Below are positions 14,225 to 24,513 of a DNA stretch of 64,000 nt, one piece after another. Source of the DNA: a bacterium (GTDB lineage Bacteria > Patescibacteriota > Minisyncoccia > UBA6257 > JAGOQP01); assembly GCA_021814695.1 (NCBI GenBank), contig JAKAHY010000002.1:8920-72919 (forward strand), written 5' to 3'. Below the pieces are notes generated by a model. It had not been told where the DNA came from and ran no database searches. It saw only the letters and a list, made by a program, of their open reading frames with translations. Within the stretch, counting starts at the first letter, position 1; the number at the start of each line of letters is the position of its first letter. Position numbers and translations under genes: made by a program.

Positions 14225-15139
14225 ATGACTCCATTTTTTATATCGGTTCCCGTATTCCTGGTGATAATAGCCGGGTGGTTGTTTAAGAAGTACAAAATAG
14301 TAGACGAAGTCTGGATTCATGTTTTAAACCGATTTGTCTATCACGTTTCTCTTCCGGCGCTTATCATTGCCAGTTTTTGGAGTATCAATTTTAGCGACAA
14401 AATTTCATTAATGACCGTTGTATGGAGCGCGTCCTTTATGATTGCTTTTATGATATTAGTCGCAATCGTTTTGTCTTTTTTAAGTCTTCCTCATAAAACA
14501 AAAGCGGCCGCATTTCTAATTATTTGCACAGGAAATACTATTTACATGGGCTTTCCGATAATATCGGATGCATTCGGTGGTGGAGCGATGCCGATGGGGT
14601 CGTTAATAGCCGTTCTATATCTCATTTTACCGATATTGGCGTCGATTTTCATGATCAGAATTTGGGCCAACAGCCATCTTTCGTTATCATCCCAATTTAT
14701 TGAATTTATAAAAAATCCACTTATGATTTCGGCTGTTGCCGGGGTGATGGCAAGTTTTATTCCAAGACAGGCAGTTGGCGTGGAGTTGCTTTATAAAGCA
14801 TTGATTTTGGTTGGAGCGACGGCCTCACCGGTGGCGCTTTTTGCACTGGGGAGCTTTTTGTATAAAAGATTTCTAAAAAGTAATTTTAAACTGGTTTTTT
14901 GGTCGTCTTTTTCAAAAGTTGCCGTATTTCCGGTTGCGGTATTTATTGCAGGAAAACTAATGGGAATTGCCAAGCCGGACTTTGGGCTGATGGTCTTGCT
15001 TGCGGTCATGCCCTCTGCAGTGACTACCTTTATTATCGCCGAGAAATTTTCATTAGATGAAATAGCCGTAGGGAACGCTATATTGCTTTCAACAATCCTT
15101 TCGTTTTTTGTGATTCCTCTGGCGGCTTTAATTATTTAA
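14225..15139 (+). CDS. AEC-family (auxin efflux carrier / malate permease-like) membrane transporter
   Basis: 10-TM profile; N- and C-terminal halves are similar, typical of PF03547-like permeases. Confidence 0.7.
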   Translation: MTPFFISVPVFLVIIAGWLFKKYKIVDEVWIHVLNRFVYHVSLPALIIASFWSINFSDKISLMTVVWSASFMIAFMILVAIVLSFLSLPHKTKAAAFLIICTGNTIYMGFPIISDAFGGGAMPMGSLIAVLYLILPILASIFMIRIWANSHLSLSSQFIEFIKNPLMISAVAGVMASFIPRQAVGVELLYKALILVGATASPVALFALGSFLYKRFLKSNFKLVFWSSFSKVAVFPVAVFIAGKLMGIAKPDFGLMVLLAVMPSAVTTFIIAEKFSLDEIAVGNAILLSTILSFFVIPLAALII

Positions 15140-15142
15140 CAG

Positions 15143-16384
15143 ATGTTTTTGAGATTTCCAAAAGATTTTTTTTGGGGAACAGCCACTTCCGCTCATCAGG
15201 TGGAGGGAAATAACCGCAACGACTGGACCGAATGGGAAAAAGATAATGCTTCTTGCCTTGCCGATGAGTCTCATAGAAAGTGGCAATCTTGGCAGCAAAA
15301 AAAATTTCCGGAAATGTTTAATCCGGACAATTATATTTCGGGAAAAGCCTGTGACCATTACAATCTTTTTGAGAAAGATTTCGATATTGCAAAAAAATTG
15401 GGCCATAATGCCCATAGATTTTCCATTGAGTGGTCTCGGATAGAGCCGGAAGAGGGGAGGTTTAACGAAAAAGAGATTGAGCATTACCGCAAGGTTATTA
15501 CTGCTCTAAAAAAAAGAGAAATGGAGCCGTTAGTAACTTTGTGGCAATTTACCCTGCCGATGTGGATCGCAAATAATGGCGGAGTCAGCCACAGAAAATT
15601 TACGTCGTATTTTGCTCGATATGCGTCAAAAATTGCCAGCGCCTTTCCGGAGGTTAAGTTATGGATTACTTTAAATGAACCAGACGTCTTTGCCGGCCGC
15701 GCCTATCTTAAAGGGTTTTGGCCGCCCGAAAAACATAACGCCTTCTCATATCTGAGGGCGCTTAACAATCTTGTACAAGCTCACAAAGCGGCGCATAAGG
15801 AAATAAAAAAGGTGAATTTGTCGGCGAGGGTTGGGATTGCTAAACACAACGTCTATTTCGAGATGGCAAAAGATACGGCACTGAACCGAATTTTAAAATT
15901 TGGGGCGGATTTATGGTGGAACCGGTACTTCCTGTGGCGGATAAAAAATTATCAGGATTTTATCGGGCTTAACTATTACAATCGTAACCTGATTAATAAC
16001 GGATATTACAAAAATAAAAATATAAAATTAACCGACTTCGGTTGGGAATATTGGCCCTCATCTTTGTACGGCGCTCTAATGGATTTAAAGATGTATAATC
16101 TTCCCGTGTATATAACCGAGAATGGAATTGCCGATTCCGACGACAACCAACGGTCCGAGTTTTTATCAATCACTCTTGAGTCAGCGGCAAAAGCCATTCG
16201 GGACGGAATTGACGTCCGCGGATATTTTTATTGGTCTTTATTGGATAATTTTGAATGGGACAAAGGTTTTTGGCCGAGGTTCGGGTTGGTTGAGGTTGAT
16301 TATAAAACTCAAAAGAGAACTATTCGCAAAAGCGCCGCGTACTATAGAGACATAATTTTAAAAAATGGAGTAGAATTGGGATAA
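15143..16384 (+). CDS. Glycoside hydrolase family 1 beta-glucosidase
   Basis: FPKDFFWGTATSAHQVEG; catalytic acid/base TLNEP and nucleophile ITENG. Confidence 0.9.
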   Translation: MFLRFPKDFFWGTATSAHQVEGNNRNDWTEWEKDNASCLADESHRKWQSWQQKKFPEMFNPDNYISGKACDHYNLFEKDFDIAKKLGHNAHRFSIEWSRIEPEEGRFNEKEIEHYRKVITALKKREMEPLVTLWQFTLPMWIANNGGVSHRKFTSYFARYASKIASAFPEVKLWITLNEPDVFAGRAYLKGFWPPEKHNAFSYLRALNNLVQAHKAAHKEIKKVNLSARVGIAKHNVYFEMAKDTALNRILKFGADLWWNRYFLWRIKNYQDFIGLNYYNRNLINNGYYKNKNIKLTDFGWEYWPSSLYGALMDLKMYNLPVYITENGIADSDDNQRSEFLSITLESAAKAIRDGIDVRGYFYWSLLDNFEWDKGFWPRFGLVEVDYKTQKRTIRKSAAYYRDIILKNGVELG

Positions 16385-16385
16385 T

Positions 16386-17696
16386 ATGATAATTCGTAAT
16401 TACAAATCTCTGGCAACAACGAAACTTCGCAGAGACGGGCTAAAAATTATCGAGAGCGCTTATGAGGCGATTGATATCGAAAAACTTATTAAAAGACGTT
16501 TTTTGCTCAATGGACGAACTCTCGAGGTAAGGGACTTGGCCCAAAAAAACAAAATATTATTGGATAAATATAAGCGGGTTTTTGTAATTGGTTTTGGAAA
16601 GGGGTCATACGCGGCGGTTTCCAAAATGTCGGATATTTTGGGAAAGAAACTTTACGGAGCGATATCGCTTGATATTAATTCTTCGTACAAACCAAAAAGA
16701 CCAAATAAAAAAGTTACAGCTTTTTGGGGGACTCATCCTACGCCATCTAAGGAAAATGTAGAGGCGACAACGACAATAACTTCAATTGCCAGAGATGCGA
16801 ATAAAGACGATTTGATAATTTATTTTATAGGAGGGGGAGGCTCATCTCTTTTGTGCGGTTCTTTGGGAGAGTTGGATTATTCAGGATGGCTTTTTAAAAA
16901 ACTAACCAAGAAGGGAGCGACGATAGAGGAAATCAATACGGTCAGAAAACACATCTCGGAGGTTAAGGGCGGTAATCTGGCCAAGCTTACATATCCGGCA
17001 GACTCCTTTTCACTCATAGTTTCCGATGTTTGCGGCAATTCTTTGGGAACGATCGCTTCGGGCCCCACAATCTATGATAAATCAAAAGTTGAAGATGCTC
17101 TGATGGTGTTGAAAAAATATAAAATACCTGTCGGAAATATCATTTTCACAAAAACTCCCAAAGAAAAGAAATATTTTTCTAAATGTAAGTATTTTCTTCT
17201 GGCTTGTAATCAAGACGCTGTTTTAGCGATGGTAAATACGGCGAGAAAAATCGGATACGATGCTTCCATAGGCTCTCTTCTTGTTAATGGTGAGGCAAGG
17301 AAAGCTATTTTCCCTTTCATTAAAAAAACTAAAGTTGGTCAGGCAACAATTCTTGCCGGTGAAACAACGGTAGTGATAAGAGGAAGGGGAAAGGGCGGCA
17401 GAAATCAGGAGTTGGTACTTTCGGTTATCGCGGCGGCAAGTGATAAAAAAATAGATATGACAGGAACGTTTCTGGCCAGCTTTAATTCGGATGGATTTGA
17501 TAATACTCCGGTTGCCGGAGCGATTGCCGACGATGTTTCGTTTAAAAATTGTAAAAAAAGGAAACTTAATCCTGCCAAATATTTGAATAATAACGACTCG
17601 TTTACTTTCTTCCAAAAAACCGGAGATTTCATCCGGACAGAGAGGAGAGCATTTAATGTTGCCGATTTGATGCTGATTTTGATATCAGATAAATAA
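16386..17696 (+). CDS. Glycerate kinase (MOFRL family, glycerate 2-kinase)
   Basis: IGFGKGSYAAV...YFIGGGGSSLL...EINTVRKHISEVKGGNLAK (MOFRL/DUF4147 signature). Confidence 0.8.
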   Translation: MIIRNYKSLATTKLRRDGLKIIESAYEAIDIEKLIKRRFLLNGRTLEVRDLAQKNKILLDKYKRVFVIGFGKGSYAAVSKMSDILGKKLYGAISLDINSSYKPKRPNKKVTAFWGTHPTPSKENVEATTTITSIARDANKDDLIIYFIGGGGSSLLCGSLGELDYSGWLFKKLTKKGATIEEINTVRKHISEVKGGNLAKLTYPADSFSLIVSDVCGNSLGTIASGPTIYDKSKVEDALMVLKKYKIPVGNIIFTKTPKEKKYFSKCKYFLLACNQDAVLAMVNTARKIGYDASIGSLLVNGEARKAIFPFIKKTKVGQATILAGETTVVIRGRGKGGRNQELVLSVIAAASDKKIDMTGTFLASFNSDGFDNTPVAGAIADDVSFKNCKKRKLNPAKYLNNNDSFTFFQKTGDFIRTERRAFNVADLMLILISDK

Positions 17697-17711
17697 AAAA
17701 ATCGCTTAGTT

Positions 17712-17834
17712 CCGTGGACAACTGTGTGGATGTGAGACCTTTGCCAACAGCAAAGGAGTTCAGAATCTTTCAGAGGTGCACCTCAGCCGGAACCGAGATA
17801 TCCTATGCGTAGAAAAATTCCAAGATTGTCCACG
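17712..17834 (+). ncRNA. Putative structured RNA in the glycerate-kinase/ruvB intergenic region (identity unknown)
   Basis: Closing helix CCGUGGACAA...UUGUCCACG encloses two perfect hairpins, CCUUUGCcaacaGCAAAGG and GAGGUGCACCUC; no ORF with an RBS. Confidence 0.25.
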
Positions 17835-17980
17835 AAACCAAACGATCTTCTATAAGCTAAATATTATCATAAATAATGGAATTTGTCAAGCATGGGAACA
17901 TTCCATTATCTTTAAAATATTTACTTTTATAATGAGCTCTTTTTTGATACAGTTAGGAATAATAGTGGCATAAGTAAATC

Positions 17981-18979
17981 ATGTCAAGTGGAAAAACTGT
18001 GAACAATTCAACACTTCTGTCAAGAGATGAAACTGTAGATTCGGCATTGAGGCCGCTTAATTTTGGCGATTATATAGGACAGGATAGGGTGAAGGGAAAT
18101 CTTAGGATGATGATAGAAGCGGCCAAAAAAAGAACCGAGCCGATAGATCACCTGCTTTTTTACGGTCAGGCGGGGCTTGGCAAAACTACGCTGGCAATGA
18201 TTGTTGCCAAAGAAATGAATGCAAATATAAAAGTTACTTCTGGTCCCGTTCTGGAAAAAACCGGAGATTTGGCAGCGATTCTGTCGACTTTGGACGAAGG
18301 GGATATTCTTTTTATAGACGAAGCTCATAGAATAAACAGAACTATTGAAGAGATGCTTTATCCGGCGATGGAATCAAGAAAGCTTCACTTGGTTATTGGT
18401 AAGGGTCCGGCAGCTCGGATGATGACTCTGGATTTACCGCAATTTACTCTTATTGCGGCGACGACTCGGGTTAATCTTTTAACGTCTCCGCTTCGTTCCC
18501 GATTCGGGGGATTGTTTAAGCTTGATTACTATAATCCGGTAGATATCGAAAAAATTATCGAACGTTCGGCCAAGATATTGGGAGTTTCTATTAGCCCGGA
18601 GGCGATTACCATACTCGCGTCTGCGTCGCGATTTACGCCAAGAATAGCAAACCGTCTTTTAAAACGCGTTCGCGATCTGGTTGAGGTAAGCGATCGAAGA
18701 GTGGTCGACGAAAATGCGGCGCACAAAGTCCTTTCCATGTTTGAGATAGATGAGCTCGGACTCGAAGAGCATGACCGAAAGCTTCTTTACACTATTATAG
18801 AAAGATTTAATGGAGGCCCTGTCGGTCTGGGGTCAATCTCGGCGGCTTTAGGCGAAGACAGGGGGACTATAGAAGACGTCTACGAGCCCTATCTGCTTAA
18901 AATAGGACTTCTCTCCAGGACTTCTCAGGGAAGGATAGCTACAAAAGAGGCTTATAATCATTTAAAAAAAGACAGATAA
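17981..18979 (+). CDS. ruvB: Holliday junction branch migration helicase RuvB
   Basis: Walker A GQAGLGKTTLA; DEAH-like ILFIDEAH; AAA+ sensor motifs. Confidence 0.95.
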   Translation: MSSGKTVNNSTLLSRDETVDSALRPLNFGDYIGQDRVKGNLRMMIEAAKKRTEPIDHLLFYGQAGLGKTTLAMIVAKEMNANIKVTSGPVLEKTGDLAAILSTLDEGDILFIDEAHRINRTIEEMLYPAMESRKLHLVIGKGPAARMMTLDLPQFTLIAATTRVNLLTSPLRSRFGGLFKLDYYNPVDIEKIIERSAKILGVSISPEAITILASASRFTPRIANRLLKRVRDLVEVSDRRVVDENAAHKVLSMFEIDELGLEEHDRKLLYTIIERFNGGPVGLGSISAALGEDRGTIEDVYEPYLLKIGLLSRTSQGRIATKEAYNHLKKDR

Positions 18980-19041
18980 TTCCCCGTTCGAGGCCTCTTG
19001 TGATACAATATAAGCGTTATTAATAACGTTTTTTATTTATT

Positions 19042-21477
19042 ATGGCAAAACCTTTTATTCGTGAGATGGCTTCATTAACAATTAAAGATGTTCCTGAAGC
19101 AGGAGGGAAAAATGCATCACTTGGAGAAATGCTTAAGGTCTTGAGGCCCAAAGGAGTTAACATTCCCGATGGCTTTGTGGTTACAGCCACGGCTTATAGG
19201 CATTTTATAAACGAAGGGATGGTTGTAACCAACGGAGAAAAAGTTAACTTAAAGAAATTTATCAAGGATACCCTTAAAGGACTGGACACTAAAAATGTCA
19301 GGGATTTGTATGCTCGTGGAAAATCAATCAGACAAGCAATTGTTTCGGCGGAACTACCTAAAGATCTACAGCGCCAGATTGTAAATTTTTACAGAAAAAT
19401 GGAAAAACAGTATTTTCCCAACGTCGACGTTGCTGTTCGTTCTTCGGCCACGGCCGAAGATCTTCCAGGGGCATCCTTTGCCGGACAGCAGGAAACTTAT
19501 TTGAACGTAGTCGGAGATGAGAAGTTGCTTGAGGCTGTTAAAAAATGCATCGCTTCTCTTTTTACCGACAGAGCCATATCTTACAGGCAGGATAAGGGAT
19601 TTGATCATCTTAAAATTGCGCTCTCGGTCGGGGTTCAAAAAATGGTTCGTTCGGACAAGGCGGCGTCGGGAGTTATGTTTACTGTCGACACCGAATCGGG
19701 GTTTAAAGACATAGTTATTGTCACGGCTACCTTTGGTTTGGGCGAGTTGATTGTTCAGGGAGAAATAGTCCCGGACGAATATCTGGTACACAAATCTTTT
19801 TTGGGCAAAAAAGACATCGTCCCGATAATCAGCAAAAAACACGGCTCAAAGGACAGAAAAATGATTTATTCGTTTGGCGGAAATAAATCCACAAAAATTA
19901 TCGATACGACTCCTAAAGAGAGAGACTCGTACGTCTTGACCGACGAAGAAATCCTAACTCTTTCAAAGTGGGCAACTCTTGTGGAAGAACATTACACGCG
20001 CGTCAGGAAAACGTGGACGCCCATGGACCTTGAGTGGGCCAAAGACGGCAAAAGCGGGAAACTTTATATAGTTCAGGCAAGGCCCGAGACGGTTCAGGCC
20101 GGGAGAGACTTTTCTAAAATTAAGGAATTTGAACTGTTGGGAAAAGGAAGTTTGCTTTGTAAGGGAACTTCCGTGGGAAGCCAAATTGCATCAGGCAAGG
20201 CCCAGATTATTCTTGATGTAAAACATATTGAATCGTTCAAAGCGGGGGAGGTATTGGTAACGGACATGACCGATCCGGACTGGGAGCCAATAATGAAGAT
20301 TGCGTCGGCAATAATTACGGATAAAGGCGGGCGTACTTCGCATGCGGCAATAGTTTCCCGGGAACTAGGAATTCCCTGTATTGTCGGGACGGAAAATGCC
20401 ACTAAAAAAATAAAAACTGGGCAAGCCGTAACGGTGGATACTACCGGAGGCGAGGGGTATGTGTATGATGGATTGATTAAATTTAAAGTTATCGAGCATG
20501 ACGTAAAACACATCCCTAAACTTAAAACGAAGATAATGATGAACATAGCTACTCCTGATACTGCTTTTGAAAAATCATTTTTACCCAATAGCGGGGTAGG
20601 ATTGGCTCGTGAAGAATTTATTATAGCTTCCGATATCGGAATTCATCCGATGGCCCTGCTCGAATTTCCGGAATTGGAAAAAAGAGCCAAGCGGGATCCA
20701 AAAATAAAGAAAATAGTGACGGAAATAGAAAAGCGGACTCGGGGATGGAAAGATAAAAAGAAATATTATGTTGAGAATTTGGCTTATGGGATTGCAAAAA
20801 TCGCCACAGCTTTTTACCCCAAGGATATTATTGTCAGATTCTCGGATTTTAAGACCAATGAGTATAGGCAACTTGTGGGCGGAGAATTATATGAACCACA
20901 CGAAGAAAATCCGATGATAGGATGGCGCGGAGCTTCCCGATATTATAATCCTTCGTTTGCCCCGGCATTTGCTCTTGAAGTAAAAGCCATAAATAAAGTC
21001 AGGGAGGAAATGGGACTCTCTAATGTCCAGGTGATGATTCCTGTATGCCGAACTGTGGATGAGGGTAAAAAAGTTGTTGCGTTGATGGCAAAATACGGCC
21101 TCAAAAAACACGATGGATTTAAAATCTACGTAATGTGTGAAATTCCATCAAATGTTATCTTGGCGGATGATTTTCTGGATATTTTTGATGGTATGAGCAT
21201 TGGCTCCAACGATCTCACCCAAATGACTTTGGGTCTGGACAGAGACGGAAATGAGCGCATCAGAGGTATTGGGAATGAAAAGAACGAAGCGGTAAAGACT
21301 CTGATTTCTCAGGTAATAAAGCGCTGCAATGCCAGAAAAAAATATATAGGCATCTGCGGACAAGCCCCCAGCGATTATCCTGATTTCGCCAAGTTCCTGG
21401 TGGATGAAGGAATTCAAAGCATGTCACTTAATCCCGACTCAATCGTAAAAACAATTTTGTATTTGGCCAAAAAATAA
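19042..21477 (+). CDS. ppsA: Phosphoenolpyruvate synthase (pyruvate, water dikinase)
   Basis: N-terminal PEP/pyruvate-binding domain; phospho-His domain GGRTSHAAIVSRELGIPCIVG; C-terminal PEP-utilizing TIM barrel. Confidence 0.9.
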   Translation: MAKPFIREMASLTIKDVPEAGGKNASLGEMLKVLRPKGVNIPDGFVVTATAYRHFINEGMVVTNGEKVNLKKFIKDTLKGLDTKNVRDLYARGKSIRQAIVSAELPKDLQRQIVNFYRKMEKQYFPNVDVAVRSSATAEDLPGASFAGQQETYLNVVGDEKLLEAVKKCIASLFTDRAISYRQDKGFDHLKIALSVGVQKMVRSDKAASGVMFTVDTESGFKDIVIVTATFGLGELIVQGEIVPDEYLVHKSFLGKKDIVPIISKKHGSKDRKMIYSFGGNKSTKIIDTTPKERDSYVLTDEEILTLSKWATLVEEHYTRVRKTWTPMDLEWAKDGKSGKLYIVQARPETVQAGRDFSKIKEFELLGKGSLLCKGTSVGSQIASGKAQIILDVKHIESFKAGEVLVTDMTDPDWEPIMKIASAIITDKGGRTSHAAIVSRELGIPCIVGTENATKKIKTGQAVTVDTTGGEGYVYDGLIKFKVIEHDVKHIPKLKTKIMMNIATPDTAFEKSFLPNSGVGLAREEFIIASDIGIHPMALLEFPELEKRAKRDPKIKKIVTEIEKRTRGWKDKKKYYVENLAYGIAKIATAFYPKDIIVRFSDFKTNEYRQLVGGELYEPHEENPMIGWRGASRYYNPSFAPAFALEVKAINKVREEMGLSNVQVMIPVCRTVDEGKKVVALMAKYGLKKHDGFKIYVMCEIPSNVILADDFLDIFDGMSIGSNDLTQMTLGLDRDGNERIRGIGNEKNEAVKTLISQVIKRCNARKKYIGICGQAPSDYPDFAKFLVDEGIQSMSLNPDSIVKTILYLAKK

Positions 21478-22746
21478 ATGATTCTTTCGGAAACAAAAAT
21501 CGTAGCCATTAAAGATTCAAGAGGCAGTCAAACGCTTGAAGCGCACATCACAGCCCATGAAGGCGATAGTAAGGAAATTTCCGTTGTGGCAAGCGTTCCT
21601 GCCGGGAAAAGTACCGGAATTCACGAAGTAAAGTCGTTGAGTCCGGCTCTTGCATTTGAACAGTTTGAAAAAATAAAACGCAATATCATCGGAGTTAACT
21701 TTCATGACCAGCAGGAATTTGATGCTTTGTTGATCGCATTAGACGGAAGTTTGGATAAGCATGTTTTGGGAGGTAATTTAATCCTTGTTTTGTCGGAAGG
21801 ATTTGCGCGGGCTTTTGCTGCAACCCGAGATCTAGGGCTTAACCAATACCTTCATCAGCTGCTTGGGTCAAAACATAAAATTCCGGACCGGTTTCCCAGA
21901 CCTTTATTTAATATAATAAACGGAGGGGCTCATGTGACGATTCCCTCGGACTGGGATAAAAAATTCGGAGTTTCAAAATCTCTGGATATCCAGGAATTTC
22001 AGGTGGTTCCAGCGACAGATGATTTTGCTTTAGGATTAAGTGTGGGAAAAGAATTTTATTCAAAACTTGGATATGAGCTTGGAAAAATATATGGAGCAGA
22101 AAATGTAATCTTAGGGGATGAGGCGGGATATGTCTGTCCGTTTAAAACAAATGAAGAAGCGCTCGAAATTATCCAAGAGCTGATTAATCGGTATTTATAT
22201 CCACTCAAAATAGGGCTGGATGCGGCAGCATCCCAATTTCATAATGATGCCGACGATTCTTATATGATAGAAGGAGCCGAAAGGACCCCAGAAGAGTTGA
22301 CGATGCTTTATTACGACCTTGCTCATGCTTACGAATTGATATCGCTTGAGGATCCTTTTAACGAAGAGGCATTTGATGATTTTGCCGGTCTTCAAGAAAA
22401 AATTCCCAAGACTATTCTTATTACCGACGATCTTACGACAACCAATCCCGAAAGATTATCCAAGGCGATTTCTAAAAAATCGGCCAATGCCATACTTATT
22501 AAACCCAATCAAATCGGAACAATAACAGAAACGATTGATGTTATTTCTATGGCTTATGAAAACGGATGGAAGACAATAGTCAGTCACCGGAGCGGTGAAA
22601 CCAAAGATGATTTTATCGCCGACTTAGCTGTTGGTGTCGGAGCTTGGGGATTAAAATCCGGAGCGCCGGCGACAGAATACAGAATGGCAAAATATTCCAG
22701 GGCTCTCGATCTATGGCAAAAAATTAACCCTTCCGGCCCCTTTTAA
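21478..22746 (+). CDS. eno: Enolase
   Basis: SHRSGETKDDFIADLAVG and IKPNQIGTITE motifs; the ATG overlaps the ppsA stop (TAAATG). Confidence 0.95.
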   Translation: MILSETKIVAIKDSRGSQTLEAHITAHEGDSKEISVVASVPAGKSTGIHEVKSLSPALAFEQFEKIKRNIIGVNFHDQQEFDALLIALDGSLDKHVLGGNLILVLSEGFARAFAATRDLGLNQYLHQLLGSKHKIPDRFPRPLFNIINGGAHVTIPSDWDKKFGVSKSLDIQEFQVVPATDDFALGLSVGKEFYSKLGYELGKIYGAENVILGDEAGYVCPFKTNEEALEIIQELINRYLYPLKIGLDAAASQFHNDADDSYMIEGAERTPEELTMLYYDLAHAYELISLEDPFNEEAFDDFAGLQEKIPKTILITDDLTTTNPERLSKAISKKSANAILIKPNQIGTITETIDVISMAYENGWKTIVSHRSGETKDDFIADLAVGVGAWGLKSGAPATEYRMAKYSRALDLWQKINPSGPF

Positions 22747-22774
22747 ATATTTTCAGGTATGAGGCGACGGATTT

Positions 22775-22806
22775 CTGCCCTAGCTTTTTTATTGCAAAAG
22801 CTGTTT
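22775..22806. terminator. Bidirectional terminator between eno (+) and gpmI (-)
   Basis: AGCTTTTttattgcAAAAGCT with flanking T/A runs. Confidence 0.5.
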
Positions 22807-24330
22807 TATCAGGCTCTCTCCGGTCATGTCTTGAGGTTTAGGAAGTTCCATTAGTTCAAGAATTGTCGGTCCTATATCGGCCAACATTCCGGACATAAAA
22901 CGCTCCCTTTCTTTTACATCAAATGGATTTTGGGGTTTTTTGTATTTGCTTCCCACTAAGTAAATCGGCACCGGACTCGTGTCATGTTTAGTCTCCGGCT
23001 CTCCGGTAAGAGGATTAAAAAGCCGTTCTATGTTGCCATGGTCGGACGTTATAATAGCCGTTGAATTGTGCTGAAGTATCGTTTGGACGATTTTTCCTAT
23101 TTGCTCATCAATTACTTCGATAGCTTTCATAGAGGCGTCAAAATTTCCGGTATGTGCAACCATATCGGCATTGGCATAGTTAACCAATATAAAATCGAAA
23201 GTTTCTTCTTCAATTGCCTGTAGCAGGCGAGTTGTTATTTCGGGAGCCATCATTACCGGATCCTGGTCCTGCTGAGGGACGATTCTCGATGGAATCAAAA
23301 TTCTATATTCATTTTGAAACGCCTTATCGTTAAGACCATTGAAAAAGAAAGTAACATGAGCATATTTTTGAGTTTCGGCCATTCTGAGCTGGCTTTTCTG
23401 GTTGTCAGCGATAACTTTTCCTACGGGATTATTCACTCGTTGGGGTGGAAAAGCTACGGGGATGGTAAAATCTTCCCTGAGCTGAGTCATGGAAGCGACC
23501 AAAAGATTATCGAACTTTTTTATAGGAAATTGGGTAAATGACGGATTAATAAACCCTTCGGCCAGTTGTCTGGTTCGGTCTTCCCTAAAATTAAAAAAGA
23601 AAATCGAATCTCCGTCTTTGATGGCATTGTCGGCCGAACCAATAAGCGCCGGTAATATAAACTCATCATCCAATTTTTTATCGTAGGCTTGTTGAAGATG
23701 GTTTTTTATCTCCGTAATAGGCATTATTGTTCCGTTACCGACAAGCATTTCATAAGCCCGCTGGGTCAGGTCCCACCTGCTGTCTCTGTCCATTGCATAA
23801 AATCTTCCCGCAATACTTCCGATTTTATCTTGGGGAAGTTTTTCTATAAGTGAAAAGGCCGATTGGGGAGCGCTGTCACGACCGTCGGTTATGACATGAA
23901 TTCTGTAGTCAATTTTGCGCCTATTTGCCAGATCTATTAAAGCTTGGAGGTGTTCCATTGAAGAATGAACATTGGCTTCTCCAACGAGGCCTATTAAATT
24001 TATTTTGGAGTTGTTTTTTTGGGCATGGTCAAAAGCGCCGTTAATCGTCGGATTAGAAAAAAAAGAACCGTCCCGAATCGCCAAGCTTATGCGGGGATAG
24101 TGTTGGTAAATTATTTTCCCCGCCCCCATTGTCAAATGGCCCACTTCGCTGTTACCCTCCTCTCCCCAAGGGAGGCCTACGGCAATGCCGGATGCCTGCA
24201 AGGCTCCGGAAGGAAAGTTGTTTTTTACATATTCTATATTTTTAGGCTTGGCAACATGAATCGGGTTCGAGTCGCCCTCCACTCCAATTCCCCAGCCATC
24301 AAGAACTATAAGAACTACGGTATTTCGCAT
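22789..24330 (-). CDS. gpmI: 2,3-bisphosphoglycerate-independent phosphoglycerate mutase
   Basis: VVLIVLDGWG, metal ligands, and the C-terminal alkaline-phosphatase-like core ITSDHGN. Confidence 0.95.
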   Translation of the reverse strand: MRNTVVLIVLDGWGIGVEGDSNPIHVAKPKNIEYVKNNFPSGALQASGIAVGLPWGEEGNSEVGHLTMGAGKIIYQHYPRISLAIRDGSFFSNPTINGAFDHAQKNNSKINLIGLVGEANVHSSMEHLQALIDLANRRKIDYRIHVITDGRDSAPQSAFSLIEKLPQDKIGSIAGRFYAMDRDSRWDLTQRAYEMLVGNGTIMPITEIKNHLQQAYDKKLDDEFILPALIGSADNAIKDGDSIFFFNFREDRTRQLAEGFINPSFTQFPIKKFDNLLVASMTQLREDFTIPVAFPPQRVNNPVGKVIADNQKSQLRMAETQKYAHVTFFFNGLNDKAFQNEYRILIPSRIVPQQDQDPVMMAPEITTRLLQAIEEETFDFILVNYANADMVAHTGNFDASMKAIEVIDEQIGKIVQTILQHNSTAIITSDHGNIERLFNPLTGEPETKHDTSPVPIYLVGSKYKKPQNPFDVKERERFMSGMLADIGPTILELMELPKPQDMTGESLIKQLLQ

Positions 24331-24513
24331 TCATTAAGTATAACAAATAAAGACTATTTTTCATTATATTGACGTCGCTATTCCACAATAGTATTATAGA
24401 TTTGTGAAACTAAATTAACTTTTGACTTGAGATGAATTCTCGGATTTTATTTGGTCAGCCAATTTCAAAACTGAATAAAGCAGAAGGGAAGAGTCTGCAA
24501 GCCAGCAAAACGT

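Noticed and set aside
17776-17973. 65-aa ORF between the glycerate kinase gene and ruvB
   Set aside because: No RBS and low-complexity sequence. The region is better explained as a structured non-coding segment or promoter region.
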